From Clostridiales bacterium (GTDB lineage Bacteria > Bacillota > Clostridia > Christensenellales > Aristaeellaceae), in NCBI GenBank assembly GCA_012837965.1, contig DUQF01000013.1:17360-81359 (forward strand): 64,000 bases of DNA. The letters are read 5' to 3'. The number at the start of each line of letters is the position of its first letter. Positions within the stretch are counted from its first letter, which is position 1. The position numbers and the translations under genes were made by a program. The notes beneath the pieces were generated by a model. It did no database searches and was not told the DNA's origin. It was given only the letters and a program-made list of their open reading frames with translations. Shown here piece after piece: positions 43,865 through 52,719 of this stretch.

Positions 43865-44807
43865 AATTTGTTTCCTCCCATTTTTTAAAACCTATGTATG
43901 CGACTCCCGCAGCATTATCACCCGACAGTGAAGCCTGACCAAAATAAAACTGATATGGTAAACGCCTTGTATTACTTCGTGATAAAAGCATGTTTCGTAA
44001 GAGCTTAGAAGATGCGACGCCGCCAGTTATTAAAATGTTTTGTGACGGTAAAACATGGTTGTTCAATACCTTTAAAACCATTCGAACAATAACATCGTAA
44101 ATTTCCTTTGCAATTTGGCCTTTATTAAGCTCACCTTGCTTGATATCACGCATTGCCTGTGCTTCAACGCCCGAAAAACAGCAATTGCCCTCTTGTAAAA
44201 TAGCGGGATACCTGCTTGTGGCTTCGTAGCCTGCAGCTAGTGTCTCAAGGTGTCTACCTGACGGAAAAGGTAGAGAAAGAGCAACACCTACACGATCAAT
44301 TAACTGCCCAACATGTAAGTCCCTTGCATAAGCAAAAGGCTTAAAACTGTCATCATTATCTATGGCAATAAAATCCGTAGTTCCACCCGAAAGATGAATG
44401 AAAGTATAGGGCGGCTGAAGGTCTATATTTCCGATTAATGCCGCAGCTAAGTGTCCCCTTTGATGGGTTGTGGTATAAAGCGGTACTTTTAAAACTAAAG
44501 ATAATGTTTTTGCAAAGGCAGTTCCCACTTGAAACACTGGCATGTAGGAGTCTTTACCATCTACCGGCCTATCAGATACGCAAATTGCCGCAACGGAATG
44601 TGCGGCAATTTTTGACAGTAAATCTTCAAAAACAAACGGAAGCTGACGAATGTGAGCAAAAACCGCCTCGCTTTGTCTAAGGCCCCTCTGCCCTATTTCG
44701 ACCGGAAACAATTGCCTGCACGACGTAATGAGTTGCCCCTCACTATCAACAGCAGCACAGGATGTGGTGTAGGCGCTGGTATCAATTCCTAAAAAAAATT
44801 TATGCAT
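43848..44807 (-). CDS. Kae1/TsaD-like ASKHA-fold protein (peptidase M22 family paralogue)
   Basis: It reads FLGIDTSAYTTSCAAV ... THQRGHLAAAL (the H-x-x-x-H metal motif context). I chose the ATG at 44807 (MHKFF), overlapping the nusB stop; the longer ORF to 44948 would run deep into nusB. Confidence 0.6.
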   Translation of the reverse strand: MHKFFLGIDTSAYTTSCAAVDSEGQLITSCRQLFPVEIGQRGLRQSEAVFAHIRQLPFVFEDLLSKIAAHSVAAICVSDRPVDGKDSYMPVFQVGTAFAKTLSLVLKVPLYTTTHQRGHLAAALIGNIDLQPPYTFIHLSGGTTDFIAIDNDDSFKPFAYARDLHVGQLIDRVGVALSLPFPSGRHLETLAAGYEATSRYPAILQEGNCCFSGVEAQAMRDIKQGELNKGQIAKEIYDVIVRMVLKVLNNHVLPSQNILITGGVASSKLLRNMLLSRSNTRRLPYQFYFGQASLSGDNAAGVAYIGFKKWEETNYGNFD

Positions 44808-45207
44808 CAGCATCCCGGTCTTTTTCAAAGGCGCCCAAAAGTCCGTTGATGAACCTGGCATCGGTCTGCCGGGCAAATCGTTTTGCCAGTTCCACAGCTT
44901 CGGAAATAACAACAGCTTGCGGAGTATCCGGCTGGTATAACAACTCAAACAAGGCTAACAACAAAATTGATCTTGAAATAAAAGGAATCCGGTGTAACGC
45001 TCTTTGCTGGCTGTACGAGGAAATAATTTCCTCCAACTCACCTTTATGAAACAACACCTCTTGAACAAGCGGCTGCACTCGATCAAGATCTCCATCATCA
45101 TTATTATAATCTATAAGCTGGATGAGTGTATCGGAGTTGCCGCCACCGCCAAGATAATCTGCATAAATGAGCTGCATAGCAGCACGCCGTACTCCGGTTC
45201 TGGACAT
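44800..45207 (-). CDS. nusB: Transcription antitermination factor NusB
   Basis: 135 aa reading RTGVRRAAMQLIY ... ISEAVELAKRF ... FINGLLG. Confidence 0.9.
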   Translation of the reverse strand: MSRTGVRRAAMQLIYADYLGGGGNSDTLIQLIDYNNDDGDLDRVQPLVQEVLFHKGELEEIISSYSQQRALHRIPFISRSILLLALFELLYQPDTPQAVVISEAVELAKRFARQTDARFINGLLGAFEKDRDADA

Positions 45208-45208
45208 C

Positions 45209-45535
45209 TTATTTTTTACTTTTCTCGGATGATTCTTGTTCTGATGCTCCCTTATCGTTTTTCAGGACAGCATGAACTTTATCAAGATCTTCTTTGGTGT
45301 AAATTACTTTTTTCTTATGTGGAACAATCTTATTGACTTCTTTCTTAAATAAGCCGGTTCCTAAAACATAACCTAAGCCGACCATAAGAAACACAAAAAG
45401 AACACGCCAAAAGCCGAAAAGCAGCATAAGGATAGCAGTTAAACCAAATGCAGAGGCATAGGTGAGTCCGCGAACGGTAGCGTCTTTCTTAAAATTTTCA
45501 ATAAACTGTTTGCATTTACAATTTTCCGTTTTCAT
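45209..45535 (-). CDS. Small integral membrane protein (DUF2273-like)
   Basis: It has two adjacent TM helices (AFGLTAILMLLFGFWRVLFVFLMVGLGYVLG). It sits between asp23 and nusB, as in Bacillus and Clostridium. Confidence 0.55.
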   Translation of the reverse strand: MKTENCKCKQFIENFKKDATVRGLTYASAFGLTAILMLLFGFWRVLFVFLMVGLGYVLGTGLFKKEVNKIVPHKKKVIYTKEDLDKVHAVLKNDKGASEQESSEKSKK

Positions 45536-46104
45536 TCCGCCTGTTCCTCTTTATCCTGTTTTTTATTCTTGGTGCTTTTACGTGCAGAGGATTCTCTTTT
45601 ACTTTTGGGTGGAGTTTTTTTATCTTCGACCTGTACGTCAGATTTTTCAGATTTTTCTGAATCTTCCGGCGCATTAAGAACAGGCATTTGAGCGGAAGAA
45701 AGTGTTTGCTGTGCTTCCTGTCTTTCTTTTTCGAAACTTACACCCTGTACGTGTACATCAACTCTGACAACATGCAGACCCGTCATGGCCTCAATGTTTT
45801 TGCGAACGTTCTCCTGTACTTCTTTGGCGACCTTCTGAATAGGCTGACCATATTCAATCATAACGTACAGGTCAACCGAGGTTTCTTCTGTGCCAACTTC
45901 TACCTTAACACCGCGTGTAATGTTACGATTTTTGCCGATTATTTCGCCCAAACCACCGGTCGTTACCATACCAGCCAAGCCCTTAATCTCATTTGCAGCA
46001 ACTCCGGCAATGATAGCGATGACTTCATTAGCGTAAGTGATAACGCCGCCATCTGTCGAGGGGTTATCCGTGATCATAGCGACATTTTCTTCTTTCTTAG
46101 CCAT
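45532..46104 (-). CDS. Asp23/Gls24 family envelope stress protein with Lys/Glu-rich C-terminal tail
   Basis: It reads GGVITYANEVIAIIAGVAANEIKGLAGM ... GVKVEVGTEETSVDLYV. Confidence 0.85.
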   Translation of the reverse strand: MAKKEENVAMITDNPSTDGGVITYANEVIAIIAGVAANEIKGLAGMVTTGGLGEIIGKNRNITRGVKVEVGTEETSVDLYVMIEYGQPIQKVAKEVQENVRKNIEAMTGLHVVRVDVHVQGVSFEKERQEAQQTLSSAQMPVLNAPEDSEKSEKSDVQVEDKKTPPKSKRESSARKSTKNKKQDKEEQAE

Positions 46105-46168
46105 AAAACACCTCCTATTAAGTTAGTAAGATTATAACAAATCCATCTATTGTTTGCAATCTGGTTTT

Positions 46169-47956
46169 TTAGGTTAATGAAATGTTAAGCTGCTTAAGTT
46201 GAGCGGGATCAACACTAGAAGGCGTGTTCATCATCAAGTCAGATGCATTTTGAACTTTAGGGAACGCTAATACATCACGCAAGCTTTCAGCACCTGTTAA
46301 CACCATCATCAGTCGATCTATACCATAAGCAAAGCCACCGTGCGGCGGAGTACCGTATTTAAAGGCTTCCAGTAAAAAACCAAAACGCTCCCAAGCCTGC
46401 TCGTGTGTAAAGCCAAGAAGTTGGAACATCCTTTCTTGAAGATCACTTGCGTGAATACGGATAGAGCCTGAGCCCATTTCAATACCATTAATGACAAGGT
46501 CATAGGACTTGGCGCGTACCTTTTCAGGGTGCTTTTCCATCAAATCAAAGTCTTCATTCATTGGCGAAGTGAAAGGGTGATGGGCAGCAACATAACGCTG
46601 ATTATCTTCATTCCACTCGAGCAAAGGAAATTCAGTAATCCAGAGTAAATCATAACGATCTTGATCAATCAGGTTCAGTTGACGACCCAACTTCAAACGC
46701 AATTGTCCCATAGCTGTTAAGGCTGTTATTTTTTTATCCGCAATAAAAAAAGCCATATCACCTTGTTGTAGGTTCAACTGTTTGTTAAGTTGCTCAATTT
46801 TTTCTTCAGATAAGAACTTGGCAAATGAGGAACGTACGGAACCGTCAGGCTGTATACCATGCCAAGCAAGACCTTTTACATGATAGGTTTTAACAAACTC
46901 AACCAAACTGTCAATGTTTCTTCTTGACATATCTTCTGCGGCATTTTGGGCAACGATGGCACAAACGATGCCATCTTCCTGCTTAGCGCTTTGCTCAAAT
47001 ACGGAAAAACCGCAGTTCTTGACTGTTTCCGTCACGTCCTGGATTAGCATACCGAAACGGGTGTCCGGTTTGTCACTACCATAATTTGCCAAGGCTTCCT
47101 TCCAGGTCATGCGCCTTAAAGGCAAGGGAACATCAATGCCTTTAATAACCTCAAAGACTTTTTGAAAAGAACCTTCAATAACAGCTTGCACATCTTCCGG
47201 TTCAACAAAAGACATTTCTACGTCAAGCTGAGTAAACTCGGGCTGCCTGTCTGCACGGCTGTCTTCATCCCTGAAACAACGGGCAACCTGATAGTATTTG
47301 TCTATACCGCCAACCATTAATAGTTGCTTATAAATCTGCGGGCTCTGCGGCAAGGCGTAAAAAGCACCGCGATGCAGGCGGCTGGGAACTAAAAAGTCGC
47401 GTGCGCCTTCGGGCGTAGATTTAGAAAGAATGGGCGTTTCGACTTCCACAAAACCTAAGCTGTCCATATAATTACGAATCGTGTTGATAGTCTTTGAACG
47501 CATCATTAAGGTGGACTGGAGGGATGGTTTGCGTAGGTCCAGATAACGATACTTTAAGCGTACCGCCTCGTTGTCCTTGGCATTATCTTCAATATAGATA
47601 GGTGGAGTTTCGGCAGCGTTTAAGATGCGAGCCTCATCGACTAAAACCTCAATGGTTCCGGTTTTTAGATTCTCATTGACAGCGCCATCGTCACGCTTTT
47701 GAACCGTGCCACGTAAAGCCACTACGTATTCCGAACGAACCTCTGCCCCGACTTGGTAGATAGTTTCATCTAATGATTCGGAGTTAAAGACAACCTGAAC
47801 AATACCCGACCGGTCACGCAGCCAAACAAATATAATGCCCCCCATGTTGCGGGTACGCTGCACCCAGCCCATTAATGTGACTCTTTTTCCAATTGAATCT
47901 TCTGTTATTTCCGCGCACATACAGCTACGCTTCCAGCCATTTAGAAATTCTGCCAT
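46169..47956 (-). CDS. aspS: Aspartate--tRNA ligase
   Basis: 595 aa with an OB anticodon domain, class II motifs (FRDEDSRADRQPEFTQLD, GGFAYGIDRLMM) and the bacterial insertion domain. Confidence 0.95.
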   Translation of the reverse strand: MAEFLNGWKRSCMCAEITEDSIGKRVTLMGWVQRTRNMGGIIFVWLRDRSGIVQVVFNSESLDETIYQVGAEVRSEYVVALRGTVQKRDDGAVNENLKTGTIEVLVDEARILNAAETPPIYIEDNAKDNEAVRLKYRYLDLRKPSLQSTLMMRSKTINTIRNYMDSLGFVEVETPILSKSTPEGARDFLVPSRLHRGAFYALPQSPQIYKQLLMVGGIDKYYQVARCFRDEDSRADRQPEFTQLDVEMSFVEPEDVQAVIEGSFQKVFEVIKGIDVPLPLRRMTWKEALANYGSDKPDTRFGMLIQDVTETVKNCGFSVFEQSAKQEDGIVCAIVAQNAAEDMSRRNIDSLVEFVKTYHVKGLAWHGIQPDGSVRSSFAKFLSEEKIEQLNKQLNLQQGDMAFFIADKKITALTAMGQLRLKLGRQLNLIDQDRYDLLWITEFPLLEWNEDNQRYVAAHHPFTSPMNEDFDLMEKHPEKVRAKSYDLVINGIEMGSGSIRIHASDLQERMFQLLGFTHEQAWERFGFLLEAFKYGTPPHGGFAYGIDRLMMVLTGAESLRDVLAFPKVQNASDLMMNTPSSVDPAQLKQLNISLT

Positions 47957-47958
47957 TT

Positions 47959-49221
47959 TCAGTTCCCTTTCTCTAATAAAAATTGAATTAGATTGTTTTT
48001 TGATACTTCAGTTTGTTCTTTGGTATTCATGTTGCGAACAGCGACCGCACCCCTTGATTCCTCTTCTCCACCAACAATAACAACAAATTTCGCTCCAATC
48101 TTATCAGCGTATTTAAATTGTGCCTTTAGGCTGCGATTCATGTGATCCGAATCGGCCTTGATGCCAGACTGACGTAGTAATTGAGACAAGAGGAAAGCTT
48201 CCGATTGGTCTTCCTTTTGAAGGTTGCAAACAAAAACGTCAAGTATAGGCGGCGCGGCTGGTAGAATATTTTGATTACTCATTTCAAGGATAATGCGTTC
48301 CATACCAAGTCCAAAACCTACCGCTGGTGTAACAGGACCACCCAATTCGCTGACCAGCCCATCATAGCGACCACCGCCGCATAACGCCATTTCCCGTCCC
48401 TTAGTTTGCATGGTGATTTCAAAAACGGTTTTTGTATAATAATCAAGTCCCCTGACGATGCTTGTATCGATGGTATAAGGTACTTCAATTTTATCAAGAA
48501 TAGCCTTTAAGTTTTCAAAGTGTTCGTCACACTCATCGCAAAGATAGTCAATCATGAGAGGCGTTCCCCTAACCTCAGGCTTATCCGCATCAATTTTACA
48601 ATCAAGCACACGCAGAGGGTTTTGTTCTATGCGTATTTTACATGTGTCGCAAAGCTTATTTCTATAAGGTTTTAGGTAACCACGCAGTTTTTCCAGATAA
48701 GAGGGGCGACATTTCTCACAACCATTTGAGTTGATATGAACAGCCAGATTATTTATACCAAAACGCTTGAGCAAGGCTAACAAAATGACAATTAACTCAG
48801 CATCGGCTGAAGGCGACAGTGAACCGAAAAACTCCATTCCAAATTGATGGTGTTCACGAAGGCGACCAGATTGAGGGTTCTCATAACGAAAAATGGGAGA
48901 ATTTATATAATAGGCCTTAATTGGGAGGGTGTCGGCATACAAACGGTTTTCAATCACCGCTCGTACAACACCGGCTGTGCCTTCTGGTTTAAGTGTAATG
49001 GAACGTTTGCCCTTATCCTCAAAAGTATACATTTCCTTTTGAACAATATCGGTTGTGTCGCCAACACCCCGAAGGAAAAGTTCGGTATGCTCGAAAACCG
49101 GAGTCCGAATCTCTCGATAGCCGGCTTTTTCCGCGATTGTACGCATTTCCTGCTCAATCCATTGCCACAAATAACTTTCTTGCGGTAAAACATCTTTAGT
49201 GCCTCTTGGTGCTTGAATCAT
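47959..49221 (-). CDS. hisS: Histidine--tRNA ligase
   Basis: 420 aa reading PRGTKDVLP ... FRYENPQSGRLREHHQFG ... GGGRYDGLV. Confidence 0.95.
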   Translation of the reverse strand: MIQAPRGTKDVLPQESYLWQWIEQEMRTIAEKAGYREIRTPVFEHTELFLRGVGDTTDIVQKEMYTFEDKGKRSITLKPEGTAGVVRAVIENRLYADTLPIKAYYINSPIFRYENPQSGRLREHHQFGMEFFGSLSPSADAELIVILLALLKRFGINNLAVHINSNGCEKCRPSYLEKLRGYLKPYRNKLCDTCKIRIEQNPLRVLDCKIDADKPEVRGTPLMIDYLCDECDEHFENLKAILDKIEVPYTIDTSIVRGLDYYTKTVFEITMQTKGREMALCGGGRYDGLVSELGGPVTPAVGFGLGMERIILEMSNQNILPAAPPILDVFVCNLQKEDQSEAFLLSQLLRQSGIKADSDHMNRSLKAQFKYADKIGAKFVVIVGGEEESRGAVAVRNMNTKEQTEVSKNNLIQFLLEKGN

Positions 49222-49434
49222 GCTTCCTCCTAAAAATAACGCCCATGCTATACTTGCATGGGACGATTACTCGCGGTGCCACCCTGCTTGCACAACAATT
49301 GTGCCGCTTAAACTTTAACGCAGTTTTACGCCAAAATGGACGCTCGGGGTTGTCCCCTTCGAATATAGCGTAAGGGCTTTCAGCCTAGGCCCTCTCTCTA
49401 AAACACCATGCCTCGAAGTTTTTCCCGTCAAAGC
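49222..49434 (-). promoter_or_regulatory. T-box riboswitch leader of hisS-aspS
   Basis: The minus strand has an AGAGAG box, the distal loop GGCUGAAAGCC and the T-box sequence CAGGGUGGCACCGCG (49272-49286). The terminator cccatgc-aagtata-gcatggg plus a U tract lies at 49232-49265, followed by AGGAGG and the ATG. Confidence 0.85.
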
Positions 49435-49440
49435 AAGGAT

Positions 49441-49469
49441 ATTATAAGTCTTTACTGGCTTTTCGTCAA
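49441..49469 (-). promoter_or_regulatory. SigA-type promoter of the hisS-aspS leader
   Basis: The minus strand reads TTGACG (49464-49469), a 17-nt spacer, then TATAAT (49441-49446). Confidence 0.75.
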
Positions 49470-49506
49470 TGCTTCAAAATAAAACAACTAAATTGTTTCA
49501 AAAGTA

Positions 49507-49535
49507 TTGACAGCTTAATTATTTTGTAATATATT
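49507..49535 (+). promoter_or_regulatory. Candidate SigA-type promoter for the peptidoglycan-binding protein gene
   Basis: TTGACA (49507-49512), a 17-nt spacer, then TATATT (49530-49535). A GGAGG ribosome-binding site lies before the ATG at 49559. Confidence 0.6.
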
Positions 49536-49558
49536 AAGATTGTCCATTTAGGAGGTGT

Positions 49559-50806
49559 ATGAAAATGAAAAGAACTTTATTGTTCATTCTTATTATTGCT
49601 TGCCTGATTCCAAACTTCGCTATCGCCCAACAAAGCTATACAGGTACCTTAAATACTGACAAGGTTTTTTTTCGAATGGAAGCAAACACCGACTGTGCCT
49701 ATCATGCGGTTCTAAAGAAAGGTGACAAGGTTGCCGTGTTTACCATTAAGGGCAACTTTTATCATTGTCGGTTTAACGGTAAAGTGGGCTATGTGATGAC
49801 AAAATTTGTCGACCTGCCAAGCAGTTCTCTCAGAAAACTTTCCAAAACCGTTAGCACCAGCAAATATGCCAACAAGTCCACCATCGCTTCCCTTGGCAGC
49901 GCCCCCGGATATCTTAAATATGGGGACAGCGGCGAGGATGTTGAAAAATTACAAAGAGCCCTTCAAATCAAGGGTTATTCCCCCGGCGTAGTTGATGGAA
50001 AGTTTGGAAAGGCTACAAGAGATGCTTTAAAAAATTTCCAGTCAAAAAATAAGCTTACTGCTAACGGACAAGCTGATTATGCGACCATTAAAAAACTTTT
50101 TGGCTCTGTTAGCCAAACAACCGCTAAAGACGATCCCGCCTTGAAAGGCATTACCAGCATTTCACAGCTGACTGTTCCCAACACCACAAAAAAGGGAGAT
50201 AATGGCAGGCATGTAAAGGCCTTGCAGCAAGCACTTAAATTAAAAGGCTATTACCCTTGGGTTATTGACTCTAAATATGGTGATAACACTGCTGAAGCCG
50301 TAGCAAGCTTTCAAAAACGTTACGGGCTTACTGCGGACGGGATTGCAGGCTTTCAGACAATCAAAAAGCTATTTGGCAAGGATGCTGCTAACTATGTTGT
50401 TCCCACTCAAAGCCTTGATTGGTTTTCCGGCGGTACCAACATTATTCCAAAGGGCGCAAGCTTTCAAGTAAAAGACGTTTATTCGGGTGAAGTTTTCACT
50501 TGCAAGCGTTGGTCAGGCTATAATCACTTAGATGCTGAACCTGCAAACAAAGAAGCATCGGCCGCTATTAAGCGTGCAGCCGGAGGCTCTTGGTCATGGG
50601 CAAGGCGCCCCATCTTAGTCAAATATAATGGTGTTGTATACGCTGCCTCAATGAACTCAATGCCTCATGGCGAAAGTACCATTTCTGGCAACGACTTTGA
50701 TGGACATTTTTGTATCCATTTTACCAACAGTAAAACTCATGATTCCAATCGTGTGGATGAAGAGCATCAGAAAATGGTTAATAAAGCTTTAAACGCCAAC
50801 TGGTGA
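49559..50806 (+). CDS. Secreted protein with an SH3-like domain, two PG_binding_1 repeats and an uncharacterised C-terminal domain
   Basis: It has a signal peptide, then an SH3b-like segment (NTDKVFFRMEANTDCAYHAVLKKGDKVAVF). Two repeats of the type GDSGEDVEKLQRALQIKGYSPGVVDGKFGKATRDALKNFQ follow. The C-terminal 140 aa are unassigned. Confidence 0.7.
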   Translation: MKMKRTLLFILIIACLIPNFAIAQQSYTGTLNTDKVFFRMEANTDCAYHAVLKKGDKVAVFTIKGNFYHCRFNGKVGYVMTKFVDLPSSSLRKLSKTVSTSKYANKSTIASLGSAPGYLKYGDSGEDVEKLQRALQIKGYSPGVVDGKFGKATRDALKNFQSKNKLTANGQADYATIKKLFGSVSQTTAKDDPALKGITSISQLTVPNTTKKGDNGRHVKALQQALKLKGYYPWVIDSKYGDNTAEAVASFQKRYGLTADGIAGFQTIKKLFGKDAANYVVPTQSLDWFSGGTNIIPKGASFQVKDVYSGEVFTCKRWSGYNHLDAEPANKEASAAIKRAAGGSWSWARRPILVKYNGVVYAASMNSMPHGESTISGNDFDGHFCIHFTNSKTHDSNRVDEEHQKMVNKALNANW

Positions 50807-50849
50807 TAGGTATTTTTCATTGACAAAGGGATGTTAAACCTCTACAATT

Positions 50850-50880
50850 ATAACGCTTGTGTAAGCAGGCGTTATTTTTA
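50850..50880 (+). terminator. Rho-independent terminator after the peptidoglycan-binding protein gene
   Basis: A 10-bp stem ataacgcttg / caggcgttat (one G-U pair) with a tgtaag loop is followed by ttttta. Confidence 0.6.
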
Positions 50881-50898
50881 TGTTTATCGAAAGTGGAT

Positions 50899-52719
50899 AT
50901 GAAGACAAATCACAAATCAAACACAAGGATTAAAAATCTCTCGCAAGCTATTGGGGATAACATAAGGCTATACCTTTTAGTTTTCTTTGCGACAACTGTC
51001 TCAATTATCATGCGTTTTGTACCGGCCAATATTTTGGCCGAACTTTTTGATCATGTTTTAGGCGATCAGCCTTCAAGGTGGCTGCATTGGTTTCAAAGTC
51101 TCCCTATATTAAAAAATGTCTTTTATGGGGATCGGCTATCACAAGTATGGTTTTTAGGGCTGTGTATTATCCTCAGCTATTTTATACAAGGCATTGCTAA
51201 CTATGTCAGAGGTATTTATAGCGCCAAGGCTTCTGAAAACGTTGCTCAGTCACTGCGTAACCGCTTGATGAATCATATAGTACGCCTGCCCTATGCCTAC
51301 CATGTTTCCGCATCAACCGGCGACTTAATAAAGCGCTGTACTTCAGACGTTGAAACCGTTCGTAGATTTTTAAATCTCCAGTTGGTTAGTATATATAACA
51401 TCCTTATGATGGTCACTCTCGCTATTGTGTTAATGGTTCCTGTTAGCTTGAAAGTAACGCTTCTTGGCATGGCGCCCGTTCCCTTTATGTTTATATACTC
51501 CTACTTCTTTTTTAATAAGGTTATTCTGGCTTTCGAACGCACTGAAAAGGCTGAAGCTCAAATGAATGCGGTCTTGCAGGAAAATCTGTCAGGCATTCGT
51601 ATTGTCCACGCTTTTGGCACCCAACAAAGTGAGTTGGACAAATTTACTAAAGTTAACACCGGCTTTTTTAATGCTGCTCTCAAAGCAATCCCTATTGAAT
51701 CCTTGTACTGGTCAGGAGGCGATTTCTTTAGCGCAATTCAAAGCATCGTTATAATTGTCGTTTGTGTCCTTGAAACCTATTACGGTAAATTATCTGTTGG
51801 CGATCTTATTGTTTTAACCACTTATAGCAGCATGCTTCTTGGCCCTACCAGACAGCTTGGTCGTATTCTTTCTAATGCGGGCAGGGCTTTAGTAGCCTTA
51901 GGGCGTATTAATGATATTCTTGATACGCCAACAGAAAAAGAACCTGAAAATGCAAAACGCCCGCCCATGAATCGAGACATTGTATTTGACAATGTGTCCT
52001 TTTCCTATGACAATGAAAGAAAGGTCTTGGATGAAGTTTCTTTCCGTATTCAAGCTGGAAAGACTTTGGCCGTACTTGGCAACACAGGTTCCGGAAAAAG
52101 TTCATTGGTACACTTGCTCCAGCGTCTATACTCCCCAACCGATGGCAAAATTACCGTTGGCGGGATTGACATTCAAGAAGTAGACAGTAAGTGGCTGCGA
52201 AACCGTATCGGCTTAGTTTTGCAGGAATCCTTCCTTTTCAATCGTACTATTCACGATAATATATCCATTGCCGCGCCAAACAGCAATAAAAGAGCCATTT
52301 TGCGTGTTATTGAAGATGTACAAGCGAAAGATTTCATCGAAAATAGTCCCAAAGGTTTTGATACCTTGGTGGGCGAACGAGGTGTAACGCTTTCCGGGGG
52401 ACAGAAACAACGACTGTCCATTGCTCGAACCTTGCTTAAAGACAGTGATATCTTAATTTTTGATGATTCACTTTCGGCAGTTGATAGCGAAACCGAAGCT
52501 GCTATACGATCTTCACTTGAAAAACGTGCTAAGGAAGTAACCACAATTATTATCAGTCACCGTATCACTTCATTAATGACGGCTGACCACATCATTGTCT
52601 TACAGGATGGTAAAATAGTGCAGGAGGGTACCCATGAACAATTGCTAAAACAACCTGGGCTTTACCGTCAGGTGTACGAAATCCAAATCGAAAGCGGAGA
52701 AGAACATGTCAGCCATTAA
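50899..52719 (+). CDS. ABC exporter subunit (TMD-NBD half transporter) carrying the degenerate ATP site
   Basis: It has a six-helix TMD, Walker A GNTGSGKSS, signature LSGGQKQR and Walker B ILIFDDS (Asp in place of the catalytic Glu). I chose the ATG at 50899; the ORF track starts at the TTG at 50857. Confidence 0.85.
   Translation: MKTNHKSNTRIKNLSQAIGDNIRLYLLVFFATTVSIIMRFVPANILAELFDHVLGDQPSRWLHWFQSLPILKNVFYGDRLSQVWFLGLCIILSYFIQGIANYVRGIYSAKASENVAQSLRNRLMNHIVRLPYAYHVSASTGDLIKRCTSDVETVRRFLNLQLVSIYNILMMVTLAIVLMVPVSLKVTLLGMAPVPFMFIYSYFFFNKVILAFERTEKAEAQMNAVLQENLSGIRIVHAFGTQQSELDKFTKVNTGFFNAALKAIPIESLYWSGGDFFSAIQSIVIIVVCVLETYYGKLSVGDLIVLTTYSSMLLGPTRQLGRILSNAGRALVALGRINDILDTPTEKEPENAKRPPMNRDIVFDNVSFSYDNERKVLDEVSFRIQAGKTLAVLGNTGSGKSSLVHLLQRLYSPTDGKITVGGIDIQEVDSKWLRNRIGLVLQESFLFNRTIHDNISIAAPNSNKRAILRVIEDVQAKDFIENSPKGFDTLVGERGVTLSGGQKQRLSIARTLLKDSDILIFDDSLSAVDSETEAAIRSSLEKRAKEVTTIIISHRITSLMTADHIIVLQDGKIVQEGTHEQLLKQPGLYRQVYEIQIESGEEHVSH

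Noticed and set aside
43848-44948. The 366-aa version of the Kae1/TsaD-like ORF, extending 150 nt into nusB.
   Set aside because: The extension overlaps the nusB coding sequence in another frame and has no homology-like features. The family N-terminus (FLGIDTS) begins right after the ATG at 44807.
50820-50898. A possible bmrB-like leader-peptide/attenuator upstream of the heterodimeric ABC exporter: a TTGACA-17-TACAAT promoter-like element followed by a 10-bp hairpin with a T tract.
   Set aside because: The predicted transcription start (about 50855) falls inside the left arm of the hairpin, so transcripts from this promoter could not form it. There is no separate short leader ORF, because the only upstream reading frame is in frame with the transporter. 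The hairpin is better explained as the terminator of the upstream gene, with an overlapping promoter.
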